Positions 13,844 through 26,470 of a stretch of 64,000 nucleotides of DNA are shown here, one piece after another. Position 1 is the stretch's first letter; each line of letters begins with the position of its first letter. The notes beneath the pieces were generated by a model. That model was not told where the DNA came from and did not search any database. It saw only the letters and a list, made by a program, of their open reading frames with translations. Origin of the DNA: Rhizodiscina lignyota. Its lineage: Eukaryota. Made by a program: the position numbers and the translations under genes. The stretch is from positions 1,116,001-1,180,000 of the forward strand of contig ML978121.1 of NCBI GenBank assembly GCA_010015805.1, in the 5' to 3' direction.

Positions 13844-16315
13844 AATGGAGCGAATGGCGAGGTGCCATGTCCCTAACATTTCTTTACCGATTTCCGGTTA
13901 CCGAAGTAAATCCTGCTCATTGATGATCTGATATTTGGCGTTTCTTCTCCTCCCCCTTTCTTCATGTAAGGCGTTGCGAAGGTAGCAATCGGTGTGTACT
14001 TTCTCTACGGGATTTTATTTTAAGCGTGCAAATTAGAATAAGACACCTGATCATTGATCTCAGCTATGAGGACTGCTGTCATATTGAGAATGAAAAGGTT
14101 CAAAGGGAGATCCTTACTGTTTTAACAGATCTGATATCCTGAACTCGAATGTCGCCAGAGTATATTCAATCGTCGAGTAAGTAGGCTTACTAACTATCAG
14201 GGGAATTTTTGAGGGGTTTATCTAAGCGATATCTTTCGGTAGATGTGAACAGCCGGGCCCATGACGAGTCATGCTAAGGAACGAAGTACAGCTGGCGTGT
14301 AAGATGGACAGAGGTCCGAGGGCAAGGATGGGTCGTGATTGTAGTTGCTATCCTTAAGTATTACGGAGTAGAGCTATGAGTCCTTCCACTAGTATACCTC
14401 CTACCTCCAATGCTCTCATTGCCAATACCGTAGCATCAAAGTACACATCTTGATTACAACAGTGACTGCAGATAACCTTGATAAGTGCGGGAGGAGTTGG
14501 AGGAACTATTGCCTAGCCGCTTTTGAGGTCAAACTTCGGGTCTAAGGAGTCTTATCTACTTATCTAGACGAATATCCCTGCTTGCTATCCCGTCCCCGTC
14601 CAACCTCACCCCTTTCCTGTCAGCGAAGAAAAGCTGCCTTTTGGTCTCAATACTCCCTGCAACGCAGATATGACTTGCGCTAGCCCTCAAGAGCGGCATG
14701 CAGGAAGACAAGCGTCGAATTTCTACCACGTTCAATAAAGATGCTGATGTCAATTTGCTGAGGAGTTCTTCAGTTTGCGCAATAACGTGGCTTACGAAAA
14801 CCACTGATCATGCAAATCGATGGAGGATTCAGTTTGCAACTTGCTACTCAAGTTTCTGTGTCTACTCTCTCTTTCTTCATTGATCGCCTTCCAAATGTGA
14901 AAGATGGTAGTGCTGTACGAAGATCGGCCCCCCATTAAATTCTCTGTTTCATCCTATCTTGCCCGCCTGTATTTATCCCGATGCTCCATTCCCTCTCTGG
15001 GTCCTCTAAGCCGCTAACTCTGTCAAATCGGATGTGCTCAAGACCGGCAATCATGGGAGTTACCCTGGAGAGTTCAGCAATCCTCCAACGGACTGCTGTC
15101 TTCAGATTCTGCAGTCCATCAAGAGATTTTCGCTCACTCCATTCGTTTCTCCAGGTACGCCCTCCATAAATTCAGCATACTCACCAGCCTCAGCATTCTC
15201 TGCAACCTCGGCCATCTCGGCCCATTCAGGATCCTCCTCAACATATAGGGCTACAGCTTCAGTGCCGTCGCTGTCTGGGCTATCCACACCCTCCAATTCT
15301 ACCGATTTGCACGACAATGCGCATCACGAAACTAATGCGAAGTATTTGAGAGTTAAAGCCGACTAATATCGGATATGGCATTATTACCGTGACTCACGGC
15401 TATCTGGCTCGCAGCTCTCACTGGCCTCATCATCATCGATTGCCTGCTTCAATCCCCAGTTGTGTATATTTCGCTATCCCGGTCATCCCGATGCTCCTGA
15501 CTTCCTTCTTTATGAATCCTTTTTCATTCTGATTCGCCGAATTTGCAATGCCAATGGCCATTTAACGATGGCTTGTTCTCAAGGGTCAGGTACACAACCC
15601 AACGGCGAACAAGACTTTGAAACTTACTCCTGTAATGACTCCCTTCACTTTAGGTGTCTGAAGCTTGAACCCTCCTAGCCTTCCGACCTCGGTATGACAT
15701 GGTCGCGTTGAGGTCACGATTGAGGAGGCAACACATGAGTAGGATTATGACGATGACGGCGAAAATCCCGAATGCGATGCCAATCCATTGGCCAGTGGTG
15801 ATACACGTTCCCTGACAGTCCCCCATTTTTGAACTTCAGAAGAGCAGAGGTTCGCTGGATGTTGTAGCGCGTGAAAATAACTGATGGGTGTTTATGTGGA
15901 CCTTGAGGACGATGTCGAGAAATGGCTCGATAATGGCTTCCGGTGTGTCTTGTTTGTTGTTGCAGAATTGCAGTAGAAGCGCCGTACGTACTATTCTTCT
16001 TACAAGTGTCATAAACTTTTTATTTAATTACTAATGCTGAATCGGTTTTGGAAACTGGTCTTTTGAGCTTATTGCGTTGCCTGGGAGCGTTTCAATTAAC
16101 ACACCTCCGCCACTAGGTACGGCGCGGGTGAGCTGATTGGCCTTTGGCTCAACACATAGCTCGCTGGAATCCATATCGTACGGCAACTGCCGTTGGACTG
16201 CACAGTAGAACTTGGAACCTCTTAGGTTTTTCCCTCCTGCTTCCCGTCTTCCACCACCGCCATCACCACGAACGGTCGCCAGAAAGTCTACAAGTTATCG
16301 CTCAACACGCTCAAC

Positions 16316-17924
16316 ATGGAACGTAAACTCACCGGAAGCTCGGACGAGTCTGATAGACCCAGTCGAAAGCTCCCGTTATCGACTTTTCACCTGAATGGAG
16401 AGAGCGCGACAGAGTTGGCATCTAGGTATCTGTGTCTGATTTTGAAATCTCACTACATCCCGCATCTCCCTTTGTATCCCATCACCAGCACATCACCTAT
16501 TTATTTGCACAATTTAGCGATACATCTTACTAAACACCAGCCAGGTAGATGTCCCCGAGGAAACGCTGTCAATTCAGGATGCTCCGGAGGGAGGATCTCA
16601 GTCGTCCGAGCGCAATACACCCTTGACCTTCTTTGATTTCTCTGCCGAGATCCGCAATGAAATCTACCGACTCGTCTTTTTGGAGAATCAAGGCGACCCA
16701 GTGCTTCATTCATATCGCACGGAATTCATCCAGGCTTTGGGAAACAATGTTACCGGTGATATGGATTCACCTATACTTGCCCGGTGCATGGTACCTGTGC
16801 AATACGATCGGGGATTTCTTCGTGTGAACCGTCAAATCCGCAGTGAGGCGCTCGATCTAATCTGCAAGGCACCAGGTGCGTGGATTCTGATAGTATCGAA
16901 CATTCCTGGCTACTTCGACGCACTTGTAAAGCACGGCTTTCCTGCGGTGCTGCGATGTGCTTTGCTCAACATCCAATACCCTGTGGCGACAGTCAACATC
17001 AGAAGCGACCAATTTCCAAATGATGATGGAGATGTCTTTCTGTTTCGAGCAGCCGCGTTTTCAGCTCTTCTACACATGATCCATCTCACCGCCGGCGATG
17101 CAATTGCCAACACCCTTATCACTCTGGAGTGCGGCAACACCCCTAGCCACATTCGCGGAATCCGTAGCATTAACTTCCTGATCACTACGTTGCGTTGCCT
17201 CCAAATTATCGGCTTTGGAGCAGGCAGCTGGTCATTCGTGCTGAAGGACAAGGAACGCATTTTGCCGCAGTTTCCAGAATCCCTAAGGAATGTTATAAAC
17301 ATTGATTACCTGACTGCTTTCATCGAAGAGCCTACCACAGCCGACAAGCTTGAGCGGATCGTAAAGAGGGTTGCTAAGATCACAACAGCATACGAATACC
17401 GCGGCGACTGGGAAAGGGCGGAGAGCCAATATTTACTGTTCTTTATCGTGCTCCACGCCGTTCAGCACACCCTGGAGGAAGCAATTCCGGTTTACCGGGA
17501 AATCTTGGTCCACTCCCTTTCATTGCAGATGGGCTTTCGAGTATGGGCGAAGAGATTTGCATCCAATCTCGCCAATGTCATGCACAAGCAGGGGAAACAC
17601 AAGCATGCCCTCGAATGGATCAACTGTGCTCTTCGGAGTCCGTGGTTCGAGGCGAACCCTTCACTTCGGCAAGCTGATGACGACCATGGAGCCCTCATCC
17701 GACGAGGCCTCATTCACGCGGCGCTGCATAACTACCGAGAAGCAATCAACGACTTCCAACGCGGAGTGGAGACTTGCCCGACGGATTACACTACCGTCAA
17801 AGACCTTGCGGAGTCTACGATCAGCTCCTGGAAATCGGATCCGGAGGCATTGAAGGTCCTCCAGGAGATGCAGAAGGAAAGGAAGGACCTTTTAGGGCTA
17901 CGGGTTTTGCGCTGGACTTGCTGA
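16316..17924 (+). CDS. Hypothetical protein with an F-box-like 'FFDFSAEIRNEIY' motif and C-terminal TPR-like repeats
   Basis: Exon 16316-16425 joins in frame, through a GT..AG intron at 16426-16540, to the 433-aa ORF. TPR-like segment ALIRRGLIHAALHNYREAINDFQRG. Confidence 0.65.
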
Positions 17925-18570
17925 GGTGGTGTGGGTGACAGAGAAAGTCGAGCAGTAGCTACAGTACGTGGAAGTAGGATGGGGTATATCCTCATCAATC
18001 AATATACATCATGGGAGTTGGAGCCGTGCATTCTTAATAAACATTGTCGAAGTAATATTACACCAAGCCTTGGGTGATGCTCTTGCTGGTGTTGAAAAGG
18101 AAAAGCATGCTCATGCTGCACCATTGAGCTTGATAGGCTCAACTGCTCTTGCGCTCAAGACGGTAAGGAAGTGTAGCAGAGAACGTTAAGGCAGCATTAG
18201 TGAATACATAATTACTTGTGTGGATGCTCATATCTTCGCTTGTGTGATCCGGCCTATGCCTCACCCGAGGCGGCCCTGTAGAGCTTCTCTTCGAAGTCAT
18301 ACAGCCCTACTAAACGCACTCCAAAGTATACATAACTAAAAGTACAGATCTGCGCTCGCTTGCTGTAAAGAGCAGGGCTTGCGTACCTTGTTGCGTTAGT
18401 ATTAGGCTTGCACTTGCGACTCCCGGTCTTGAGCCAGCCCTGGATAGCTTCGATTCAAAGTTGTGCATTAGTATTAGATACACTCGGAAGTGTAGATGCT
18501 CAAACCTCCAGAGCTGCCCTCGTTTACCTTGAAGAATAAACCTGGTATGCATTGCTGCGTGACCACTACG

Positions 18571-19378
18571 CTAGAAGTTTGTTCTGATAGCGCCCTCAAG
18601 CCATGCAACTCCCGCTTGAACGCCATCGACAATCTTCACATTCCGTCCACGTTCCTCTCCAAGCTCTTCCACGCATGCCTCTCTCACCATCTCATTCATT
18701 CCCGCCATTCCCGCACAGCCTAAGCATATCGCACCGATCTGGCCTTTCCTAACCAGGCGCTTCGTGGCCTCTTTCATCCGTCTCCTTACTTCGTCCGCTG
18801 GGGCATCGTGCAGCTCTGTGGCGTTTAGCCCTGTTGTCTCTACGCCGGCGAATCGCTCGTTCGTCTTTGCACCGGTTCCCAAGAATGCTTCTACCGCTTC
18901 TGACAGTATCGCCTCCCAGGCCTTGCCCGTGCTGACGATGCCGAATTTCTCGTCCGGCTTTATTATTTGCAGTGCTGTGCCGACGCTGGCCTCGAAAATG
19001 CCCGTGACTGGCTTACCATGGTCCTTGACTGCACTCTCCGATTTAATGAGAGGTACTAGTGGATGCTTCGAGTAGCAGCATATTAAGATGGCATCGTGGG
19101 TAGGAAGGAGATGTTGGAGATGCGGGAGACAATGATTTGCACTTTCGGCGGCATCGTCTTCGTTGTTGATGCTCGTTGGGCCGGACGGAGCTGTGAAGTA
19201 GTCGTGGTTGGTCTACTGAGGCAGAGATCAGTTCATTGCTTACTGCGGGCATGTCTAGGAGGAGGCTATTGTAGGGACAAACCTGGCTGAATCCTAGCTC
19301 TTCTACCAACGGCTCAAGGGCCGCGGTCATTGATTTCGTCGAGTTGGGGTTGACGATGAGAATTGATTTGCTCGTCAT
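18571..19378 (-). CDS. Asp/Glu/hydantoin racemase family protein (DCG1-like)
   Basis: MTSKSILIVNPNSTKSMT, then CCYSKHPL, GIFEAS, FGIVSTG and ICLGCAGM (catalytic cysteine motifs). One intron at ~19216-19282. Confidence 0.88.
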
Positions 19379-20898
19379 GCTGGAATCTAATCTCAATTGA
19401 GCTTCTTCTGCACTTTCACTATGGAAACCCGAATGAGTTGGAGCTCAACGTAGACATTTTCTCAATGCAGCACCATATGCACCCCGGTCTTGGCAAAACG
19501 CGATCTAAAGACGCGTTACGTCATTGTCGAGATCTGGGAATTTCCATCCCATCTCACTAGGCAATTTCTCGATGTGCAATATGCACGCCTACAACATTCT
19601 TATTGATCCTTACACAGCTTCAGAAGCGTTTCAGCGATAGGCATAGACATGTGAACAGATTCATTTCTCAGAATAGCCTTTGTGCCGACGAGAGAGTACG
19701 CATTGACGATGGTTCAGAATGAGACTTTGATTTGGAATTAATCATGATTCATAGGTATCGTCTCTCATCTGATCCATCCCATGATCTATATCAATCGTTG
19801 CTTTAGCCAATATTGACGGCGAATTATTCTCGTTCCATCCATCTCATTGGTGAGGAGCGCATGTACGTTCATCGTCGGAGTGCGGACGGCTCAAGTGTCT
19901 GCAGACAGTGCAATTAGCATCTGGATGTGAACATGCTCTGATTTTTGGTGTGTTATACTGTGAATGAGTCCTAACACAACGCGTCGTATCGAATATGAGC
20001 TAGCGGAAGCAGCTGAATCGGCCGCAAGAAAGCCTAAAAGGAGCTCGGCGAACTCCATGCTTGTCGACGACGACTCCACCATCTATTGAGAACTTATCAG
20101 CATTGGTTCTGGTATGATCCGCAGGTAGGGACAAAATATTACCAGCATGTCTGCCTCCAACTCTCTTGGTCCAGAAGAATGGCATTGTGTTGGAATTGTG
20201 AGGTGAACGTGAAGGTGCTCTTGAGTGAAATTTGTCTTTGCAAGTTGAAAGGATCTTTCAGAATATTTGAGGTACGTTGGTGGAAAGTTGAGAAAGGTTG
20301 GAAGTAAATAATACGCTCATTTGCCATGGTCCTGCCATGACGGGTTGGGTTGATGGCGTGGGCCAAGCGCTTTCCAAGGAAGTGCCCTGGTTGCCACCTG
20401 CAACACGAAGCAGGATGGAACTCGATATCTTGGGCTGCAAGGTTGAAAAGGCATGTTTAAAACATGGTAAAGCAATCAATACCTGCTATTCCATCCTTGT
20501 GACTACTGTCCACCGTGGAAACTCCAATTCCCCATTAAATGCTGTCCACAATAGGCATTTTGTGAGATTACCTTGACGCGAAATCTCTACTCCCTTTTCG
20601 AGTATATTTTCATATCATCAAATCAAAGAGAGTATGTGGTCTTCCGGAGCGCTTCAATATTCCAGAAAGTTCTCCCTTTGAAGTGGAGATGTTGACATTT
20701 GCGTCGGATAACTATTTCGCTCGAAAGTTATATTGTACAGTTGGCCTTTAATCCAAAAACGCCCCTACATGCTGACCATGTGCGCCCATGAAGCTCGAGT
20801 GGTACAACTGTATGCAAATGGAAAGCTGGCTCAAATCGCAGTATTGAGACGGAAGGTCTGTGGGTGTGTATAGGTGCCATCGCTCGTCTTCCGCCTCT

Positions 20899-21306
20899 CT
20901 AACGACCTGGCATTGCCCCAGGCCCCATCATCGTTGCGTTCTGCTCCTGAAACCTCAGTCCAAGACGTTCTGAGCTCTTCAATTGCTTGTCGACGCAGCG
21001 CATGACGCAGCTCTCCTCTTTCGATCCGATCGATTTGCTCGAGAAGTCATTGATGCAGTCATCAAAGCATCGCTGGACCATGTTCGAATACATCTGCGCA
21101 ACAGTCCCGATGTCAGCAAGCATGAACGGCATGTATTGATGAACCAGGGGAGGTTTGGGCGCCATTGAAGCACACACATTAGCGAATTCCTTCAGCTGCT
21201 TCTTTTCCATGCGTGATTGCAGCTCACGCTGCTCCTGGGCATTAAGACTGCGGCATCCTCAGCATGTAGCTCTTGCTTAGAGTGCTGGGAAAGCGTACCT
21301 TTCCAT
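20899..21306 (-). CDS. TIM9: Mitochondrial intermembrane-space small Tim chaperone Tim9
   Basis: Spliced over 2 introns: [78 protein letters not shown], with twin CX3C motifs. Confidence 0.93.
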
Positions 21307-22624
21307 ATTTACGACGACTCCGGTTGCAGGATTCCAGTGATGTTATAGCTTTGGAGAGATGGGACCGGAGGTGCTGATTGTCAATCCGTCAGTTACTTCT
21401 TTTCCGCATGGCTCTAGCTCCGAGCGAAAAATAATCGAGCCTGCCAAGACTGAACAAAGCCGTAATCTTTTTAGTGGGCCAAAGCTGCAATTTAGCATAG
21501 GGGCCGCCGTGTCAGATAAATAATTAATTCGGCTTGCTCGTCCTTAGCCCATTGTAATTTAAGGCTGCGTCTTCTTGGTACAATTCAAATATAACTGTCT
21601 ACTAAGGATTTGGGCCGCATTTTCGCGTTTTCTCGCTGTAGGGTTGCTGGGCAAGCGCGGTAAAGCTGGGGCGTAAACAAACCGGCGCGCCGCGCTAGCG
21701 TAATTTACGAGCGCGGCCAAGGCCGTTGCAGAGTCTGGAGCACAACAGCCAAACATGACCTTTGAGCTGCTCCCCAGCTCCTCTCTTCGAAGTCACCTCT
21801 CGTTCGCGCGTCCACCGCTCATCGCATCCGCGTCGGCGTGTTGACTCTGCGCGCTGGGCATCCACACGCACGTCGCTGGCTACAAAGAGCGTGCGCTGTC
21901 GCCAAATTTAGCAATCCATACCCCCAAAACCGGCGCTCGCACACTCACAAAGCAGATCGGCAGCACCCCGTATCCGGAAACTATCTACAGACAACCTCGC
22001 CGCTCTTCATCCAAGATTCTCTCGCCTGCCTCACCTTGCCCTCGCCGTTCCTGCCGTTCTCTCTCACCCGGTTTATTGCGCCTCTCCTCGCGCGTCGCAT
22101 GAACGAGAGTCGCCACGCTACTGCCAAGCCTCACACGTCCAGTCCAGTCTCACGCACCCTCTCTTTCACAGCGCTTCCAGCCGACTATCGCATCGGATAC
22201 ACTCGATCCACGCGTAGACTTTGCTTCTTGCGTGTGGCGACACAGCTGCGATACAGACGCGAGCATCACAATAGCTCTGCGTCAACTTGCATAGCTGACG
22301 AGAGAGCGCGTTCTCGCGTGTCGACTCTAGCGTTCCACTGCTACAACGGCCCTTCGAACGTATCTTTCAGCAGCCGTCCACAAACCTTTCGCTCTGGCGG
22401 GGTAAACGTCCATTACAGCTTGACAACGCCGCCACACGATAATTTCGACGCTACCCCAACTGCTGTTGTGCATCCTTCCAAGTTTCAGCCCCCAGGCACC
22501 AACGGCGCGGCTTCTACCACACGTCGCCACCCTGCGCGTCTTGTGTTGTGGGGAAAGATTCTCGCCTTTGACATCTCCTGTCAAACAAAACGGAGTTAGG
22601 AAGACTTGTTGACGCACCGTCATA

Positions 22625-25424
22625 ATGCCGAACGGCGTCCAGACTGGGGCTGCAAGGCCACCAGGAGAGCCACAACCGGCACCCATAAACACACAAACCG
22701 GCGATAGGGAGTCAAGGAAAGAATTACATTCTTGGTGGCGCCAGTTCAGGCATCGAGGAACTAGGAGAGAAGCTGAGCAAAGTACGTCGGTTTTATTTAC
22801 TTTCATCCGAACTTTCTTTGTCTCTGGTCGTGTATGAACGTAGATACCGCATTGATAGACGCGTCCATCACTCTTGGACTATACTGATGTATGAACAGCG
22901 CAAGCATCAACAGAGATATTCGGCGTCGCACTCCAAGAAAGTATTCGTTACGCAAATGTGGCGATCTCGCTCTACGATGCCGAGGGTAACAGCTACATAT
23001 ACGGCTATGTGCCGATTGTTGTAGCAAAATGTGGTGTCTTTTTGAAGGAGAAAGGTGCGTATCCATTCCTACAAATTCCTACTAAGACCTGATACATTGG
23101 CAGCGACCGAAGTTGAAGGGATTTTCCGCCTCAGCGGTTCCGAGAAGCGAATCAAGGAATTACGCGCTGCTTTCAACTCGCCACCGAGATATGGGAAGGG
23201 CCTGAACTGGGAGGGCTACACTGTCCACGATGCAGCAAATATCTTGCGCAGATATTTCAACCAGCTCCCAGAGCCTATCGTCCCCCTCGAGTTTTACGAA
23301 CGGTTTCGACTACCGCTGAAAGGCCACCAGCAACAAGCTGTAGGCCCTATTGATGGGCAAGCTCCATCGGTTGGCGAGTTCAACATGGAGAAAGCGATTG
23401 TCACGTATCAGAACCTTATCACCGAGCTGCCGCCGCTGAACAGACAACTTCTCCTCTACATCCTCGACTTGTTGGCAGTGTTTGCGTCCAAATCCGACTT
23501 GAACAAGATGACGACGCCAAACTTAGCAGCGATCTTCCAACCAGGCCTTATCTCACATCCAAACCATGATATGGCTCCAGGAGAATATCGACTGAGCCAA
23601 GACGTTCTCATCTTTCTCATCGAGAACCAAGATCATTTCCTCATTGGTATGCAAGGCACAGCAGCGGATGCGCAGACAGTGCAGGAGGTCGAGAGTGGTC
23701 CGCCAACACCACAAGCCCAAACTCCAACTACTCCAGCAAGGGCTCAGACAGTGCTGGGAAGATCAGGTTCGACATCTAGCGCTGGTGCGGAAAGCATCCG
23801 CAGATACGGTGGAGTTAGACGCAATGTTTCTGTCTCATCCCGCCATTCCAGAAACTCGTCCACCGTCAGCCCTATCACTCCTTCCTTCCAGTCGCAGAGC
23901 TTACCAGTCGGCAATAATGGAGCTGGTGGTGTCCATAGGAGCAACACTCTACCTACAAAGCGATCGCCGGGCGTACCAACAGCGCGATTTAGGCGTGACC
24001 AAATCTCGGGACCGTCCACGCCTCCAACAGGTGGTTCGACTCCGCCCCAAGTACAGGAGCAGCCGACTGTCCCTGCACCGCCAGAAGTCATTTCCCCATC
24101 ACCCAGTGAAGAGGTTACGCCGCTTGCTGAACCTCCCAATGTGGCTGTTTCTAGTCCAAGTGCAGCTCAGCCGAACCACATCGACACAACTATGGCCTCA
24201 GAACGACCAGAGGGTGCGCAACGTGATCTTCCTACCCCGCTAGATACGCCTGCCAGCGAATCGTCGGTGTCAAAGACCATTTCCGGCATTGGAGGCCTGT
24301 TTGCCAGATCCCCTTCAAGCGAGCCACGTGACCCAATGCGCAAGCCGAACAAGCTTCAGAAGAAGCGAATACCCGGCTCCGCCAACCCAAGTGCGCACGG
24401 TTCTGCGGATTCGCTCAGTGGTCCTGGATCGGTTCAAGATGGCCCTCCTTCGCCACTTCCACAGGGCAATCAACAGACTACTCCTCCAAAGGATCAATCG
24501 CTGCATCCTGGCCCTCAGGGAGAGATCGTCCCGCCAAGGACTTCTAGCACAGGCGCCACATTGAAGCCTACCGTAAGTCCTTCTACTAGTTTCCGCAGCA
24601 GCCATGCGACAGACCGAGAGATGGACCCAAGTGCATCGGAGGCAGAAGGTGAGAAGGGCGATGATAAGGCTGTTGCATCTCAGCAAGACGATGTTCAGCC
24701 AGAAAGGAAGGACAAGCCGCGAAGGTGGAAGCTCAGCAGCCACTCCAAGGAGGGCTTCACCAGGCGTGACAAGAATGAGAAGGGCGAAGTCGGCACGCCG
24801 ACGCCTGCAGGCAGAGAGAATACTATGAGCACGGTTGGCACAAACTCCCTTGCTGGAGTCAGTCATAGCAGCATCAATAGCATGGGCGATTCTTCGATGC
24901 CACGGAAGAGCTTTCAAGGCATCAGTGACTCCGACCAATACTACGCTGAGGGCGACGACAAGAAAGAGAAGGCAAGCGGCCCGATGGGCTGGTTCCGTGG
25001 AAAACTGCAGGAGCGCCAGGAAAGGAAGGAACAGAAGGCTCGTGCAAAGAGTCCTCCTGCTGGTGCAATGAGGGGTGAGGGACAACCGGGCAGCATGCTC
25101 AGTCTCAACTCCAGTCCTCCGAGAGATTATCGCGAACAAGCTCTGCCAGTTCGTGGACGAAGCTTCGATGTGCAAAGGGAGCTCGCTCAGAATCAGTATC
25201 AGGCTCAGGCTCAGGCTCAAGCTCAGGCTCAGAATCAGTATCAGGCTCAGGCTCAGAATCATTATCAGGCTCAGAATCAGTATCAAGCTCAGAGCCAATA
25301 CCAGGCTCAGAGCCAGAGCCAGAGCCAGGGTGTGCCTCAGCCCAAGGCTCAGGTGGCAGAACCCAAACCGAACGAAGTAGTGCTTCAGGCTATGGGACCT
25401 TCGGAAACGAAACCAGGCGCGTAA
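22625..25424 (+). CDS. Rho GTPase-activating protein (Sac7/Bag7-like)
   Basis: Spliced IFGVALQESIRYANVAISL...YGYVPIVVAKCGVFLKEKATEVEGIFRLSGS (arginine finger), NKMTTPNLAAIFQP, and a long disordered tail. Two introns near the 5' end. Confidence 0.9.
25185..25328 (+). repeat. Coding low-complexity repeat, (CAGGCT)n interspersed with 18-bp GCTCAGAATCAGTATCAG-like units
   Basis: Encodes 48 aa AQNQYQAQAQAQAQAQNQYQAQAQNHYQAQNQYQAQSQYQAQSQSQSQ inside the RhoGAP tail. Confidence 0.9.
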
Positions 25425-26470
25425 GCAGCGTGCATGCGGGTATTGGTCTTGCGCACTCACGGAATCATATTGTGGTGGGAATTGGCGTTTTTAATATTGG
25501 GTTGAAGTTGTGTTTTGTTCTGGCTAGCTAACACAGCCCCGGCCCGTGGCTGAGGGCCAACTAAAACCAGCGAAGGAAGTGAAGTCGTTTTGGATATTGC
25601 GAAGCTTTTGGATTTTGACCATGAAAGATCCAGTGAGGTTCATCTTGGATGAATTGATGGGAGCATGTTCGTGTGTATGAGCGTAGATACCACATCTCCT
25701 TCTTCGAGCGGGCGGAAATGCCTTTATGAACAATGGATGTTACTCAGATGTTCCTCTCCCTAACTCTTGCTGCTGGCGGCCTTTCAGCATTTATGAGCTG
25801 CCCTGCACCTGTGACTTCTCAAGATCCCTCCAGAATGAGCAATAGACACTATGTCTGAGAGTGACTCACCAAATTCCATTTCCTCGTTTGAACCTGAGGT
25901 TACCATAAGCTGGTCTGCTCGTGTGGCTGTGCTTGGGAAGATGGCAGGGTGTACTGGAAAGAAAACGAAAGTAAAGAATTCGGTTTGATATGAGAGCGAG
26001 CCGAAATGTTTTGTTGTACCAGAAGTACCGACGGGCAACTGAAGTGGCCTGAGCTCCGACAGACTCTCACATCTCCATTACATTGCTTGTACTAAATACA
26101 CACCTTGTTCTGGTGGGCAATACCATCCTAGGCTGACCTCTCTCGGTTTCGACTGATAGCCCTGATGAGGCTGAGCCGAAGCTGAGCGGCATGCCATTTT
26201 GGTAATAAAGAAGGATTACGACGCTAGACTCATGAGGCAATCAATTCAAGTAACTTTTTATCATGTACTAGCTCCAATCATTTTGTGGTGGAGGAAATTT
26301 TCGTGCACAACGTGGCCGAGTGTGAATGAGCGCGTAATCCCCGGCATATCCCCGACCCTCTTCGCGTCATTATCGGGCAAAGCTCATGCAACCTCTTGCA
26401 TCACGAACAGCTTATCCTGTCCCCACACAGCTTCTCGGTCCTCTTGAGGCCAACATTCACGAGCAGATTA

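Noticed and set aside
14500..16000. Short Ser-rich ORF fragments that could be a gene relic
   Set aside because: I could not build a consistent frame or recognise any family.
19890..20600. Overlapping short ORFs between the racemase and TIM9
   Set aside because: No motif and no convincing splice model.
21838..22599. 253-aa ORF upstream of the RhoGAP
   Set aside because: GTG start, no recognisable motifs and a pyrimidine-rich composition. Probably promoter or 5' UTR sequence.
24315..25460. 381-aa antisense ORF with an LSLSLILI repeat
   Set aside because: It is the mirror of the RhoGAP coding sequence and its QA repeat.
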